Assembly: GCA_018830945.1 (NCBI GenBank) | Contig: JAHJRD010000093.1 | Span: 14,495 to 78,494 of the forward strand | From: Nanobdellota archaeon | GTDB lineage: Archaea > Nanobdellota > Nanobdellia > SCGC-AAA011-G17 > GW2011-AR17 | Direction: 5' to 3' | Length of the DNA stretch: 64,000 nt | Translations under genes and position numbers: made by a program | Part shown: piece by piece, positions 7,764 to 17,175 of the stretch | Numbering within the stretch: position 1 is the first letter of the stretch | Layout of the letters: every line of letters starts with the position of its first letter | The notes under the pieces: generated by a model | What the model was told of the DNA's origin: nothing | Database searches by the model: none | The model's input: only the letters and a program-made list of their open reading frames with translations

Positions 7764-9521
7764 TTACTTTCTGCCTTTTTTGGAAGCAATGTGGGCTCTT
7801 GTTTCTGTCCTTCTCACGCTTCTCGCCTCGCGCCTTGCCACTTTTTCTGCCATTTCTCTTTTCTTTTCCGCTTTCCTTGCCAGTTCCTCTGTATGCTGCG
7901 CAGCTTTTTCAGCAACCTCTCTCCTCATCCTCTCGCTCTCTTCTCTCTGTCTCAGTGCTTTTTGCTCAGCCCTTGCCCTTTCAGCTTGAACTCTTGCTTC
8001 CTGCGCAGCTAACTCTGTTCTGCGCTCAACTTCCTGCTCTCCCTTTTTAAGATGCTCTTCCAGTTCTTGCTTCTGCCTTGATTTTTCTTCTGCTGTTAAA
8101 ACTCTCTTTTCGCCAAACAAGCGCTTTACAATCCCTCTTCTTTCCTGGGTGCCCCTCTCCAATCTTGCCTTTGCTTCCTGCTCTTTCCTTAAGTATTCCT
8201 CGTGCGATTCCAATGCAGGCCTCTCCATTCCTTCTTTCCTCTGCCTCTCCAATTCCTGCCTTCTCTCATACTCAAGCTCGCTTCTTCTGAATTTCTCGCC
8301 GCGCAATCTTCCTTCTTCCCTTGCAAGATTATTTAATCTTCTTCTTTCTGCTCTTTCCTGCCTTGCCAGTCTTCGCCTTTCCCAGAAACCAGAAGCTTTT
8401 TCTCCAGGCTTTGGTTTTCCTTTCCCCTTTGCCTCGCGCCTTCTCTGCTTTGCCTCGCGTTTTTCCTGTTGCCTTTGCTGTTTGAGCCTTTCTTTTTGCA
8501 GTTTTGCCTTTTGTTTCTCCACTCTGATTCTTGCTCTTTCCAGCCTTCTTTCAGGGGCTGCCCAGTCTAAAATCCCCCTTCCTGCGCCCTTCACCTTGTC
8601 CTTTCCGGCTTCCCACCAGTTTCTTGTGCCATGCTTAAGCCAGTCTCCTGCCCTGCCAAGCCTGTCATGCCACCTTTGTCTCCTTGCAGCTATCCTCTCA
8701 GCCTTCCTGGCCAGCCTTGCCTGCCTTTTTTGAGCCTTTCTCTCCAGCCTTGCCTGCCTGTTTTCAGCCTTCCTTGCCTGCTTTGCTTCCAGCTTAAGCT
8801 TTACCTTCTCCTGCTTGCCTCCCAGCCTTGCCATCTTCTGCTCATGCCTTCTCTCTCTCCACCTGTCAAACAAGCCAGGCCCTTTCTCTGGCTTTGCGCC
8901 GCCTTCTCCGCCTTCCCCTCTCTTGCTCCCTGAGAGGAGATATATTATAAACAGCACAACAAGTGCAATAAGCAATAAAAGCCACCATCTCTGTGAAACC
9001 CAGTAAGTTGTGTCTTCCCACGCTTCAATATATCCGCCGCTCATTCCCATTGAGCGCAGCCAGTATGGGCTTTTCTTTACCTGCAAGACTGAAAATATAA
9101 GAACAGCATATGCAAGCAATGTGAATATCAGCTTTTTCTTTGACAATTTTCCTTCGGGGGTCACATCATCTTTTATGAATATTGTAACAATCGCATAAGG
9201 CAAAAGAGCCAGGGCAGCAATCCATATTACATTGCCCATGCCTGCAATCCACACCTCTGGCATGAACTTCATTGAAATCAGTGCAAGTATGAACGCGACA
9301 AGCATTGCAGCTGTCTGGTGCTCAGGCGGAAACGCCTTCTTAGCCCCAAGCATTAGGAATGAAAACAGTATTACAAACAATCCGATTTTTATGAAAATGC
9401 CGCTTTCTGTGCCTGCGCCAAAAAGCATCTCAGCGCCATCTTCTATAAATCCCTCACCAAGAACAGCTGGAATTGATGCAAGAACAGCGCTCCCTATTGT
9501 AATTGCTTTAATGGCTTTCAT
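7764..9521 (-). CDS. polytopic membrane protein with very long R/E/K/Q/A-rich charged helical tail
   Basis: The N-terminal ~250 aa hold several TM helices. The C-terminal ~330 aa is low-complexity charged (ERRRLNNLAREEGRLRGEKFRRSELEYERRQELERQRKE...). Start placed at the internal ATG (MKAIKAITIG) to avoid an 86-nt overlap with the 9550..10125 ORF. Confidence 0.5.
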   Translation of the reverse strand: MKAIKAITIGSAVLASIPAVLGEGFIEDGAEMLFGAGTESGIFIKIGLFVILFSFLMLGAKKAFPPEHQTAAMLVAFILALISMKFMPEVWIAGMGNVIWIAALALLPYAIVTIFIKDDVTPEGKLSKKKLIFTLLAYAVLIFSVLQVKKSPYWLRSMGMSGGYIEAWEDTTYWVSQRWWLLLLIALVVLFIIYLLSGSKRGEGGEGGAKPEKGPGLFDRWRERRHEQKMARLGGKQEKVKLKLEAKQARKAENRQARLERKAQKRQARLARKAERIAARRQRWHDRLGRAGDWLKHGTRNWWEAGKDKVKGAGRGILDWAAPERRLERARIRVEKQKAKLQKERLKQQRQQEKREAKQRRREAKGKGKPKPGEKASGFWERRRLARQERAERRRLNNLAREEGRLRGEKFRRSELEYERRQELERQRKEGMERPALESHEEYLRKEQEAKARLERGTQERRGIVKRLFGEKRVLTAEEKSRQKQELEEHLKKGEQEVERRTELAAQEARVQAERARAEQKALRQREESERMRREVAEKAAQHTEELARKAEKKREMAEKVARREARSVRRTETRAHIASKKGRK

Positions 9522-9549
9522 TTTGATGATATTGTTATATTGTTTGGAT

Positions 9550-10125
9550 TTAAAAACCTTCCGAGTAAATTCTCTTAAACCCGTAATCTGCTTTCCATGT
9601 GTCAAGGAAAGAGCGGGCTTTTTCAACAGACTCATTAGGGATAATCATTGCGCCCCTGCCGATTCTTTTTGCATTTATATCCTTAAGGAAACTTTCCCTG
9701 CCCCCTGTGCCGTTTAATGCATGAGAGAATATTTGCTTTTGTGATAAAGAAAGCCCCTTAAGGCTATATTCTGCAAGCACAAATGGCTCTAATCCCATCA
9801 GTTTTGCCACAAACCCCTTGTGCCTTATGCTGTAAGCTTCATGGAATATGCTTTTCCATAATTCCCTGTCTGCCAGCATAAGCGCAAACCGCGTGCGCGT
9901 GAAATGCGCGCTTAGGCCTGCCTCTTTTTTAAGAAAAGCCGCTATCTCTTCAGTAAGCGATCCATTGCTTCCTTCCATTGACAAGCAAATATCAATATCT
10001 CCCGGTGTATCTTTGCCCTTGACAAACGAGCCGAATATGAATATGTCTTCCACCCCAGGCCTTTTGAGGAAATGGCTCATTCCGTCAAAGAGCTTTTGCT
10101 TTTTCTTTAATTGCATTTGCTCCAT
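9550..10125 (-). CDS. nucleotidyltransferase (Pol-beta superfamily)
   Basis: GSFVKGKDTPGDIDI motif. Confidence 0.65.
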   Translation of the reverse strand: MEQMQLKKKQKLFDGMSHFLKRPGVEDIFIFGSFVKGKDTPGDIDICLSMEGSNGSLTEEIAAFLKKEAGLSAHFTRTRFALMLADRELWKSIFHEAYSIRHKGFVAKLMGLEPFVLAEYSLKGLSLSQKQIFSHALNGTGGRESFLKDINAKRIGRGAMIIPNESVEKARSFLDTWKADYGFKRIYSEGF

Positions 10126-10435
10126 CTTTTACCTTTTTCACATCCTCTTTAGTTACAACCTGCGAATAGCTTTTCCTGTAAACTGCAAACAAAGGGCTTG
10201 CAATTTTATATATGTCAGGGAAGAATCTTTGAAGCAGTTCATACCTTTCTGTATGGTTTGACGGCACTTTCAAAATTTTGTCATATAAAAGAAGATCGCA
10301 GCCTTCAACAAGCGCTTTGAAGTAAAGAGTAAGCGCCGCGCGAAGCCTCATCTTATCTTCATTTTCTTTTGCTGAAACAACATACTCCTCCAGCGCGTCT
10401 ATTATAACCTGCCTTCCCATGTCAATATATGACAA
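10085..10435 (-). CDS. HEPN-like helical protein paired with downstream NTase
   Basis: 116-aa helical protein overlapping the NTase start, in HEPN->NTase order. Confidence 0.45.
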   Translation of the reverse strand: MSYIDMGRQVIIDALEEYVVSAKENEDKMRLRAALTLYFKALVEGCDLLLYDKILKVPSNHTERYELLQRFFPDIYKIASPLFAVYRKSYSQVVTKEDVKKVKDGANAIKEKAKAL

Positions 10436-11159
10436 ACTAAGAGTATTTAAGCTTTTCCGTCAATTATTGATAAAACTCCCCTTTTAAGGCGATTTTGTCA
10501 ATAGATGACAAAAGAATAAAAACAAGCAAAAAGTTTGCATCCCATCAGCCATTGGAAGGGAATAAGACCTGAAGGCAAAGTTTTTATTTGTATTCTCGCG
10601 TATTTGCTAAGAAAAGTTATGAAAATCATACCCAATGAGAATCGCATTTAGGATTCAGTTTCTTAGGTTCTTGATGTGCTAAGTGAAGATGAAGAAGTGG
10701 AAATCTCTGCTGAAAACAGAAGTGTGCAAAAGCTTATACGATTTACCGCCGAAAAAGAGAATTTATTCAAAATATTTCAAATCAAGTCTGAAATTTAAGA
10801 TAAAAGAGCTTAAGGTATTCTCAAAAAAACCTTACTTCAGCGTGAGAAAAGAGCGGGAGATAGGCAGGAATTGCTGTCATTTATGGAAAAGTTTAATGTA
10901 AACATTGGCATTGTTGTCACAAAAGACATGCTGAAACAAGAGCGCATAAAAAACAGAAAAATTCTGTTTGTGCCTGCATGGCTGTTTGCCGCGGCAATGT
11001 AGCGGCTTTATGTAATGCCTGTTATCAAAAAACCCCTTGCTCTTCCTGACCTTTGCTGTAAGCCATGAAATGCATGCCGCAGGCTGGCTTTCTTTATTGC
11101 TGTTTTTAAAAATTCCTCGCAGAAAGGTTTATAAACCACCCCATTTTCACAAAGGAGAT

Positions 11160-11771
11160 ATGGGAATCAACAAGTACCTCGCCAAGATATGGGAACAGCC
11201 AAAGGCAACTTTAGGGGATGTATGGAGAGGCAGGCTTATACAATGGAGAAAGCAGCCTGCTGTTGTCAAGGTTGAGCACCCTTTAAGATTGGATAGGGCG
11301 CATGCCTTGGGATACAGGGCTAAGAAAGGATACACTGTATTAAGAGTAAGACTCGGCAGGGGCGGAAGAAAAAGAGAGCAGATAAAGAGCGGCAGAAAAA
11401 GCAAGAACCAGCGCACAATGAAGATTGTTGAAAAGAATTATCGTGTAATTGCAGAAGTAAGGGCGCAAAAACAATTCACAAACCTCGAGGTTTTAAATTC
11501 ATACTATGCAGGAGAAGACGGAAAGTTTTTCTGGTTTGAAGTAATAATGGTTGACCCTGAAATGCCCGAGATAAAGGCTGACAAGAGAATCAGCTGGATT
11601 GGCAGCCAGAAAGGAAGAGTCTATCGCGGATTGACAGGAGCTGGCAGAAAATCAAGAGGGCTTTTGAAGAAAGGCAAGGGCGCTGAGAAAGTCAGGCCAA
11701 GCAAAGCTTCAAACAAGGCAAGGCGCTTTAGAAGGGCTGGCCAAAGAAGGGACTTTATTCAAGGACTTTAA
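11160..11771 (+). CDS. rpl15e: ribosomal protein eL15 (L15e)
   Basis: MGINKYLAKIWEQPKA...RLIQWRKQPAVVKVEHPLRLDRAHALGYRAKKGYTVLRVRLGRGGRKR is a classic L15e sequence. Start moved to the internal ATG, preceded by AGGAG. Confidence 0.85.
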   Translation: MGINKYLAKIWEQPKATLGDVWRGRLIQWRKQPAVVKVEHPLRLDRAHALGYRAKKGYTVLRVRLGRGGRKREQIKSGRKSKNQRTMKIVEKNYRVIAEVRAQKQFTNLEVLNSYYAGEDGKFFWFEVIMVDPEMPEIKADKRISWIGSQKGRVYRGLTGAGRKSRGLLKKGKGAEKVRPSKASNKARRFRRAGQRRDFIQGL

Positions 11772-11789
11772 GAATGGGGTTAGTGCAAA

Positions 11790-12190
11790 TAAAATTTAGG
11801 GCATCGGATGTGTTCAAGGTAGATTTAGAAAGTACCCTGATATTAAATAACCAAAGCAGTAGATACAGCGACGGCATTGTTGCGCAGGATTTAAGGAATT
11901 TTCTTGAGGCTTATTGCATTTCCGTTCGCAATCCAAGTGGCGAGCCTTTACATGGAGCATGCGCTGACTGCCAAGACTGGAGGGGGAATAAGCATGTTCG
12001 GACGAGAAGCACCAGTATACGCCCGCCAACAAACGGACACATCTATCGTGTTGAGGCAAGGCAGGGTGCGGCAAGGGATGTATGCGAAGCTTATCATTTT
12101 AGCTTTGTCAATGATGCTGAAGCAAGGTTTGTATCAGAGAATGGAGAATATTATGTCTACATACGCCCGGACCTCCGGGGTGTAGTTTCT
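11790..12190 (+). ncRNA. candidate structured ncRNA, possibly SRP (7S) RNA; alternatively a 140-aa hypothetical CDS (11774..12196)
   Basis: Locally GC-rich compared with its surroundings. Three long ORFs in different frames and strands overlap here (11774..12196+, 11904..12185+, 11814..12074-). It contains CAAGGCAG ... GGGATGTA, which are the same 8-mers in the same order as SRP RNA domain IV (E. coli 4.5S CCAAGGCAGA...CCGGGAUGUAGC), plus a GAAGCA motif. Confidence 0.3.
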
Positions 12191-12199
12191 CAGTGAGAA

Positions 12200-12556
12200 T
12201 TAATTGATTATTTTAACTTTCGGCTTTTTTTTCGGATTTTTACTCTTCACTATGGACTCTTTTCCTGAAATCCTGTAAAACCTTGCCCTGCCGAAGATCC
12301 AGAGTATTGTAAAGATGATTATTGCAAATAAGATTATCCCCAAAAGCGCAAAGATTAATACAGAGCCTACAATAAATCCAATAATAATGATTCCAACAAA
12401 CAGCGCAATTGAGATTACTGCTGACACAACAGGAATCCTTCTCCATAAGCCTGACTTCAAAAGCAGGTAAAGAAAGAACACTGCAGATATAATCAATGCT
12501 ATTTTCAGCAAATCCATATTAATATAATTGCTTTGGTTGTTTTTAAGGGTTACCAA
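12200..12556 (-). CDS. small polytopic membrane protein
   Basis: Three hydrophobic helices and a K-rich C-terminus. Confidence 0.4.
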   Translation of the reverse strand: MVTLKNNQSNYINMDLLKIALIISAVFFLYLLLKSGLWRRIPVVSAVISIALFVGIIIIGFIVGSVLIFALLGIILFAIIIFTILWIFGRARFYRISGKESIVKSKNPKKKPKVKIIN

Positions 12557-13455
12557 TCAAAGTCAACCATTTTTTTATTGCCCTTATGGTACAATGCCTT
12601 TGCAACGCCTTGCTTTGCAATATAATCGCCAAGCAATAATGAGCGTTCAGCGGCATTTGAAGGATATCTCTTTCCATTTTTGGTTTTAATAACCTGCTTC
12701 CGCATCTTGCTCCAGAACTCAACAGCCTCTTCTGAAAACATTGGGAAAGGCACAGCCCATCTTGGCGTGTCCAATCCCCTCTTAAGTGATTCAGCAGCAA
12801 CTGCGTAATACGCGGCAATTATATGCTGGCAGCAAACCTTTTCCTTAATGTACCTGCTTGTTCTCCACCACCTTCTAAAATCGCAGTCGCATTCAGCGCC
12901 AATATCTGTCCACAGCCGTTTTTTGCTGTAGGCATCATATACAGGAATATTAGAAAAGCTGACCTTATGCCTTTTCAATTTCTCCTTTTCAGAAGGCACT
13001 GACACAACAAAATCAGAGCCATTCTCCGGGGCAGCGCTCTTGAAGCGTGACGGCCATTCAACATCTATCAGCGCATTATTGCATGCATAGGCATAAATCT
13101 TCATCCCTTCAATGCAGGTATCCAGCAAGGTCCTTGTTACAGTAACATTGTCTATTCTTGATGTTACCACAATGCTTCCGAAAGGTGTCTGCGCCTCATG
13201 CAGAGCCCTTGCAATTGCTTCCCTTGGAGATATCTGCAATGCTTTTCCCACTCTTGCCTCATTGCCGTATTTTAAGAAATGCCTTGCATCATTAAAGCGG
13301 TTAGGCAGCAGAGGAAACTCAACATGCACTGCAAAGCTTTGAGTCATGTTATTGATAATCGCAACAAGATCATCGCCCCTGTTTGGCTTAAGCAGGCTCC
13401 TGCCTTGTATTATCTCAGATACTCTTTGCTGCCTGAAAAAACTCTTCTTTGCCAT
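12550..13455 (-). CDS. SWIM zinc-finger domain protein
   Basis: CxCx(n)CxH pattern: AECDCDFRRWW...VCCQHI. Confidence 0.5.
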   Translation of the reverse strand: MAKKSFFRQQRVSEIIQGRSLLKPNRGDDLVAIINNMTQSFAVHVEFPLLPNRFNDARHFLKYGNEARVGKALQISPREAIARALHEAQTPFGSIVVTSRIDNVTVTRTLLDTCIEGMKIYAYACNNALIDVEWPSRFKSAAPENGSDFVVSVPSEKEKLKRHKVSFSNIPVYDAYSKKRLWTDIGAECDCDFRRWWRTSRYIKEKVCCQHIIAAYYAVAAESLKRGLDTPRWAVPFPMFSEEAVEFWSKMRKQVIKTKNGKRYPSNAAERSLLLGDYIAKQGVAKALYHKGNKKMVDFDW

Positions 13456-13488
13456 AGCCCTAAAAGCAAAATACCTTCTTTATATACC

Positions 13489-14391
13489 TTATGATTGCAA
13501 TGCATTAAACGCATTAAGAAAAGAAGCAGCTATTGTCTTATCCCTTATAATTACCATATTCTCGTCATTGTTCTCATTGCCGTTCTGAGTTGGGTTATAG
13601 CTTCCTGTAATGACAGTCTCATTGTCAATAATGAAAACCTTGTGGTGCAGTACGGCCTTTTCATAGACTTTAACATCAAGCCCTGCTTTTTCCAGTTTAT
13701 TATAAACACTCCACTTGCTGTTCTGCGCCTTGTCAAAAAAGCCCCTTACAATAACGCCTTCCTCTTTCTCCAGCAATTTATCAGCTATTTCATTGTCAGT
13801 AAAGCTGTACACCATGAAGTAAATGCTTTTTTCAGCCTTTTCTATTTCTTCAAGCAGATGCTTTTGGCAGTTGTCTTCAGGGCAGAAAAATACTATTTTG
13901 CTTTTCCCTTTTTTTCCAGCGCCAAATTCCCCTTCCCACAATTCCTCAAATTCATCAGCATATTCTTCAGCTAAACCAGTTGAATGCAATACAACAACAT
14001 TATTCAGGTATGATTTGCTCTTTTCATTAGGGTTAAAGCTGCCTGTAACCACAACTGAATCATCCAATACGCAAAACTTGTTGTGCATTAATCCTCTTTG
14101 ATAAGAAGGTTTTGATTGGCAGTTATCAACAGGGCATTTCTCATCAGCAACAACCCTTGCATTCACTGCTGTCAATGCATTTTGAATTTTATCAGAGTTC
14201 AAAGTGTAGAAAGCGCAATCTGCCTTTTGTGATGAAGCAATTAAAGATGCAATAATTGAAAAGCAGTCATCTGCAGGGCAGAAATATGCTTCTGTCTTGA
14301 TTTGCTCTTCATCTGCATTAAAAGAGCCATATGCAAAAAAGGCAGCTGCAATAAAAACCATAGCTGCAATTACAAACCATAAGAGTTTCAT
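13489..14391 (-). CDS. phospholipase D-superfamily protein with two HKD motifs, membrane anchored
   Basis: LMHNKFCVLDDSVVVTGSFN and LHHKVFIIDNETVITGSYN (HxK..D..GSxN, twice), with an N-terminal TM helix. Confidence 0.65.
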   Translation of the reverse strand: MKLLWFVIAAMVFIAAAFFAYGSFNADEEQIKTEAYFCPADDCFSIIASLIASSQKADCAFYTLNSDKIQNALTAVNARVVADEKCPVDNCQSKPSYQRGLMHNKFCVLDDSVVVTGSFNPNEKSKSYLNNVVVLHSTGLAEEYADEFEELWEGEFGAGKKGKSKIVFFCPEDNCQKHLLEEIEKAEKSIYFMVYSFTDNEIADKLLEKEEGVIVRGFFDKAQNSKWSVYNKLEKAGLDVKVYEKAVLHHKVFIIDNETVITGSYNPTQNGNENNDENMVIIRDKTIAASFLNAFNALQS

Positions 14392-14551
14392 GCAAACACA
14401 TACAGAACTGCTCTTTAAATGCATTTCCCAAAAATTCCATGTGTTTTTTCAGGAAACCAGTAAACTTTCCATAAAGATTGAAACATTTCCAACATCCCCG
14501 GAAAAACGCGTGTTTTTTTGCAGCAACCCATATAAAGCCAGGTTTCACATT

Positions 14552-15751
14552 ATGCGCATGCTCACAGAGATACTTATTGCAACAATCGCAGGATTCATAT
14601 TAGGTTTGACAGCAGCATTAATACCAGGCGTGCATTCAAACACAATCTCAGCAATGATGTTTGCAATATCCCCTTTGCTTTTGAATTATTTTCCTCCAAT
14701 AGCAATAGCAGTAATCATAATCTCAATGGGAATTAGCCAGAGCTTTCTTGACTGCATACCCTCTATATTTTTAGGCGCGCCAGAAGCAGACACTGCATTA
14801 TCAGTCCTTCCAGGGCATAAATTATTACTGGAAGGGAACGGCTGCGAAGCAATCCTATTGTCAGCGTCAGGCTGCTTTTTTGCATTAATCTTTTCAATAG
14901 CATTCACAGTCCCAACAATCGGGCTCTTCACATTTGTCTATCCTTTAATCAAGGATTATATCGGCTGGATGATACTTGCTGTTGTTGTTTACCTCATTGC
15001 AAAGGACAATAAGAAACTGCTTTCAATCACAATTTTCATTGCCTCAGGCGTTCTTGGCTGGTTTGTGCTTAACATGCATACATTGAAAGAGCCATTGATG
15101 CCTTTGCTTTCAGGATTGTTTGGAACAAGCATGCTTTTATTGAGCCTTGAGACAAACACAAAGATTCCAAAGCAGAATCCTCCCAAGCTTGAACTGAAAA
15201 AAGATTCAATAATGCACACAATAACAGCTTCAGTCACCGGCTGGCTCTGCGCATTCATGCCAGGGTTAGGGCCTTCGCAGGGAGCTATACTAACATCTCA
15301 GTTCACTAAGACAGACACTAAAAGCTTTCTTTTTCTTATGGGCGGAATCGGAGCTGCAAACTTTGTTGTCAGCCTGGTGACATTGTACGCAATTCAAAAG
15401 GCAAGGAACGGAGCTGTTGTTGTAATGGCAAAGATAATAGAAACAATAACAGCAAAAGAGCTTTTCTTGTTGATGAGTGTCTCTTTACTTGTTGGAGGAA
15501 TTTGCATACTGATTGCATCTCCATTGTCAAAGGCATTCGCAGGGCTTGTTGTCAGGGTTAAATACAGCATACTCTGCATTTCAGTGATAGGGATAATCCT
15601 GGCAGGTGTTTTTGCATTAAGCAGCTGGCTTGGATTATTAGTGCTGTTTGCATCGACATCTCTTGGAATAGTTGCCAACCTGAAAGGCGTGAGAAAGAGC
15701 AACATGATGGGGTGTTTGTTGGTTCCTGTCTTGATTTACTTTTTGCTTTAA
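14552..15751 (+). CDS. TctA/DUF112-family polytopic membrane transporter-like protein
   Basis: About 400 aa with >10 TM helices. Each half carries a PG(V/L)G motif (LIPGVHS ; MPGLGPSQGAIL). Start moved to the internal ATG to remove the overlap with the PLD gene. Confidence 0.5.
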   Translation: MRMLTEILIATIAGFILGLTAALIPGVHSNTISAMMFAISPLLLNYFPPIAIAVIIISMGISQSFLDCIPSIFLGAPEADTALSVLPGHKLLLEGNGCEAILLSASGCFFALIFSIAFTVPTIGLFTFVYPLIKDYIGWMILAVVVYLIAKDNKKLLSITIFIASGVLGWFVLNMHTLKEPLMPLLSGLFGTSMLLLSLETNTKIPKQNPPKLELKKDSIMHTITASVTGWLCAFMPGLGPSQGAILTSQFTKTDTKSFLFLMGGIGAANFVVSLVTLYAIQKARNGAVVVMAKIIETITAKELFLLMSVSLLVGGICILIASPLSKAFAGLVVRVKYSILCISVIGIILAGVFALSSWLGLLVLFASTSLGIVANLKGVRKSNMMGCLLVPVLIYFLL

Positions 15752-15790
15752 AGCACAAGATATTTAAGCAAATAAAGCCAATTTAAATTC

Positions 15791-16936
15791 ATGCACAAAG
15801 TCTCAATTGTCAAATGCAAAACTTATAATGAAAATGAGGTTTTCAAAGCAGTTGAGAAAGCAATAAAAGATATTGGCTTTAATATAAAACCAAACTCTAA
15901 GGTGCTTCTAAAGCCGAATGTTTTAATGGGTGCAAAGCCTGAAAAGGCAATAACAACTAATCCTGCAATTTTAGATGCAGTATGCAAAATCCTCAAGAAA
16001 AAGAAATGCAAAATCTTAATCGGCGAGAGCTGCGGCCTTGTTAAAGAAGGGGGTGTATTGGAAGCGTATGAAGAGGCAGGAATAACTAAAGTAGCAAACA
16101 AATACAATGCAAAGCTCTTAAGCTTCAGCAAGGAGAAATTAAGAAAAGTGCATAATAATGCAGCGGCTTTTGCAAAAGAAATGTATCTGCCTGAGATATT
16201 ATTCAATGTTGACTTGGTGATAAGCCTTCCAAAGATGAAGACACACACATTAATGCTTTACACAGGCGCTGTAAAAGTATTGTTTGGCTGCATACCAGGC
16301 GGGAAAAAGCAGGAATACCACGCGCTTGCAAAAAAGAAAGAGGATTTTGCCAATCTTTTGCTTGACATATGGCAGAATGTAAAGCCTGGATTGACAATAA
16401 TGGATGGAATAAAAGGCATGGATGGCAATGGTCCTTCAAACGGCAATATTGTAAAGCCGGGAATAATAATGGCTTCTGAATATGCAGTTGCAATGGACAT
16501 TGTTGCTGAGCGCATTATTGGATTTGAGGGAGAAGTGCTGACAAATTCAATGGCTTTAAAACGAGAACTGATAGACAAAAAAGACGTGAAAGTGATTGGA
16601 GATGAGCCGCGGTTCAAGTTCAGAAAGCCGTCTTCAGCAGCGTCAGGCCTGCCGCCATGGCTGACTGGATTTTTCCTGAAAAAAGCAATGGCTTACCCTT
16701 ATCCAAATCCGAAAAAATGCAAAAAATGCTGGAACTGCGTTAAGGTGTGCCCTGTAGCAGCAATGAAAAAAACAAGTGAGAAAGATGCGCCTTACTGCGA
16801 CAAAAAGCTGTGCATTGCCTGCTACTGCTGCCACGAAATGTGCCCGTTTGATGCAATTGAATTAAAGAGAAGCTTCTTGTTTGCATTGCCAATAAAAGCA
16901 TACAACAGAATTCTTAACCTGATTGGAAAGAAATAG
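15791..16936 (+). CDS. DUF362 domain protein with C-terminal 2x[4Fe-4S] ferredoxin domain
   Basis: N-terminal KVLLKPNVL motif and C-terminal CKKCWNCVKVCP plus CIACYCCHEMCP. Confidence 0.65.
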   Translation: MHKVSIVKCKTYNENEVFKAVEKAIKDIGFNIKPNSKVLLKPNVLMGAKPEKAITTNPAILDAVCKILKKKKCKILIGESCGLVKEGGVLEAYEEAGITKVANKYNAKLLSFSKEKLRKVHNNAAAFAKEMYLPEILFNVDLVISLPKMKTHTLMLYTGAVKVLFGCIPGGKKQEYHALAKKKEDFANLLLDIWQNVKPGLTIMDGIKGMDGNGPSNGNIVKPGIIMASEYAVAMDIVAERIIGFEGEVLTNSMALKRELIDKKDVKVIGDEPRFKFRKPSSAASGLPPWLTGFFLKKAMAYPYPNPKKCKKCWNCVKVCPVAAMKKTSEKDAPYCDKKLCIACYCCHEMCPFDAIELKRSFLFALPIKAYNRILNLIGKK

Positions 16937-17051
16937 AATCGTCTCTGTGGGCTAAGCGAAGCGCATGCCCGCACTGTTGATCAAACAATCGAAAATCACA
17001 GATTTTCGGTGTGCCGAGAACTGATGTTCTCGAGCACTGACTGCAGTTTGC

Positions 17052-17166
17052 ATCGGAATGTGCCCGTTTGATGCAATTGAGTTGAAGAGAAGCTTGTTGT
17101 TCTCTATTCCAATAAGCATTTATTATAAAGTTCTCAACTTGATTGGAAAAAAGAAGACACCATAAG
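17052..17166 (+). repeat. displaced duplicate of the last ~100 nt of the DUF362 gene
   Basis: About 80% identical to 16836..16936 and still in frame (..MCPFDAIELKRSLLFSIPISIYYKVLNLIGKKKTP*). Separated from the gene end by ~115 bp of unrelated sequence. Confidence 0.6.
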
Positions 17167-17175
17167 CTGCCTTTA

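Noticed and set aside
8149-8933. Plus-strand ORFs (194 aa, 100 aa) rich in Leu/Ser/Pro
   Set aside because: They are antisense translations of the repetitive charged tail of 7764..9521, a typical artefact opposite R/E/K-rich coding DNA.
10683-10901. 72-aa K-rich ORF
   Set aside because: No SD and AT-rich low-complexity sequence. The region looks like decayed DNA rather than a gene.
11774-12196. 140-aa protein reading of the segment after rpl15e
   Set aside because: It is not fully rejected, but I down-weighted it. The segment has multi-frame openness, local GC enrichment and SRP-RNA-like 8-mers, which make an RNA gene at least as likely.
14297-14551. N-terminal 85 aa of the listed 484-aa ORF
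   Set aside because: It overlaps the PLD gene on the other strand and is hydrophilic and unlike the transporter. The start was moved to the first ATG before the TM region.
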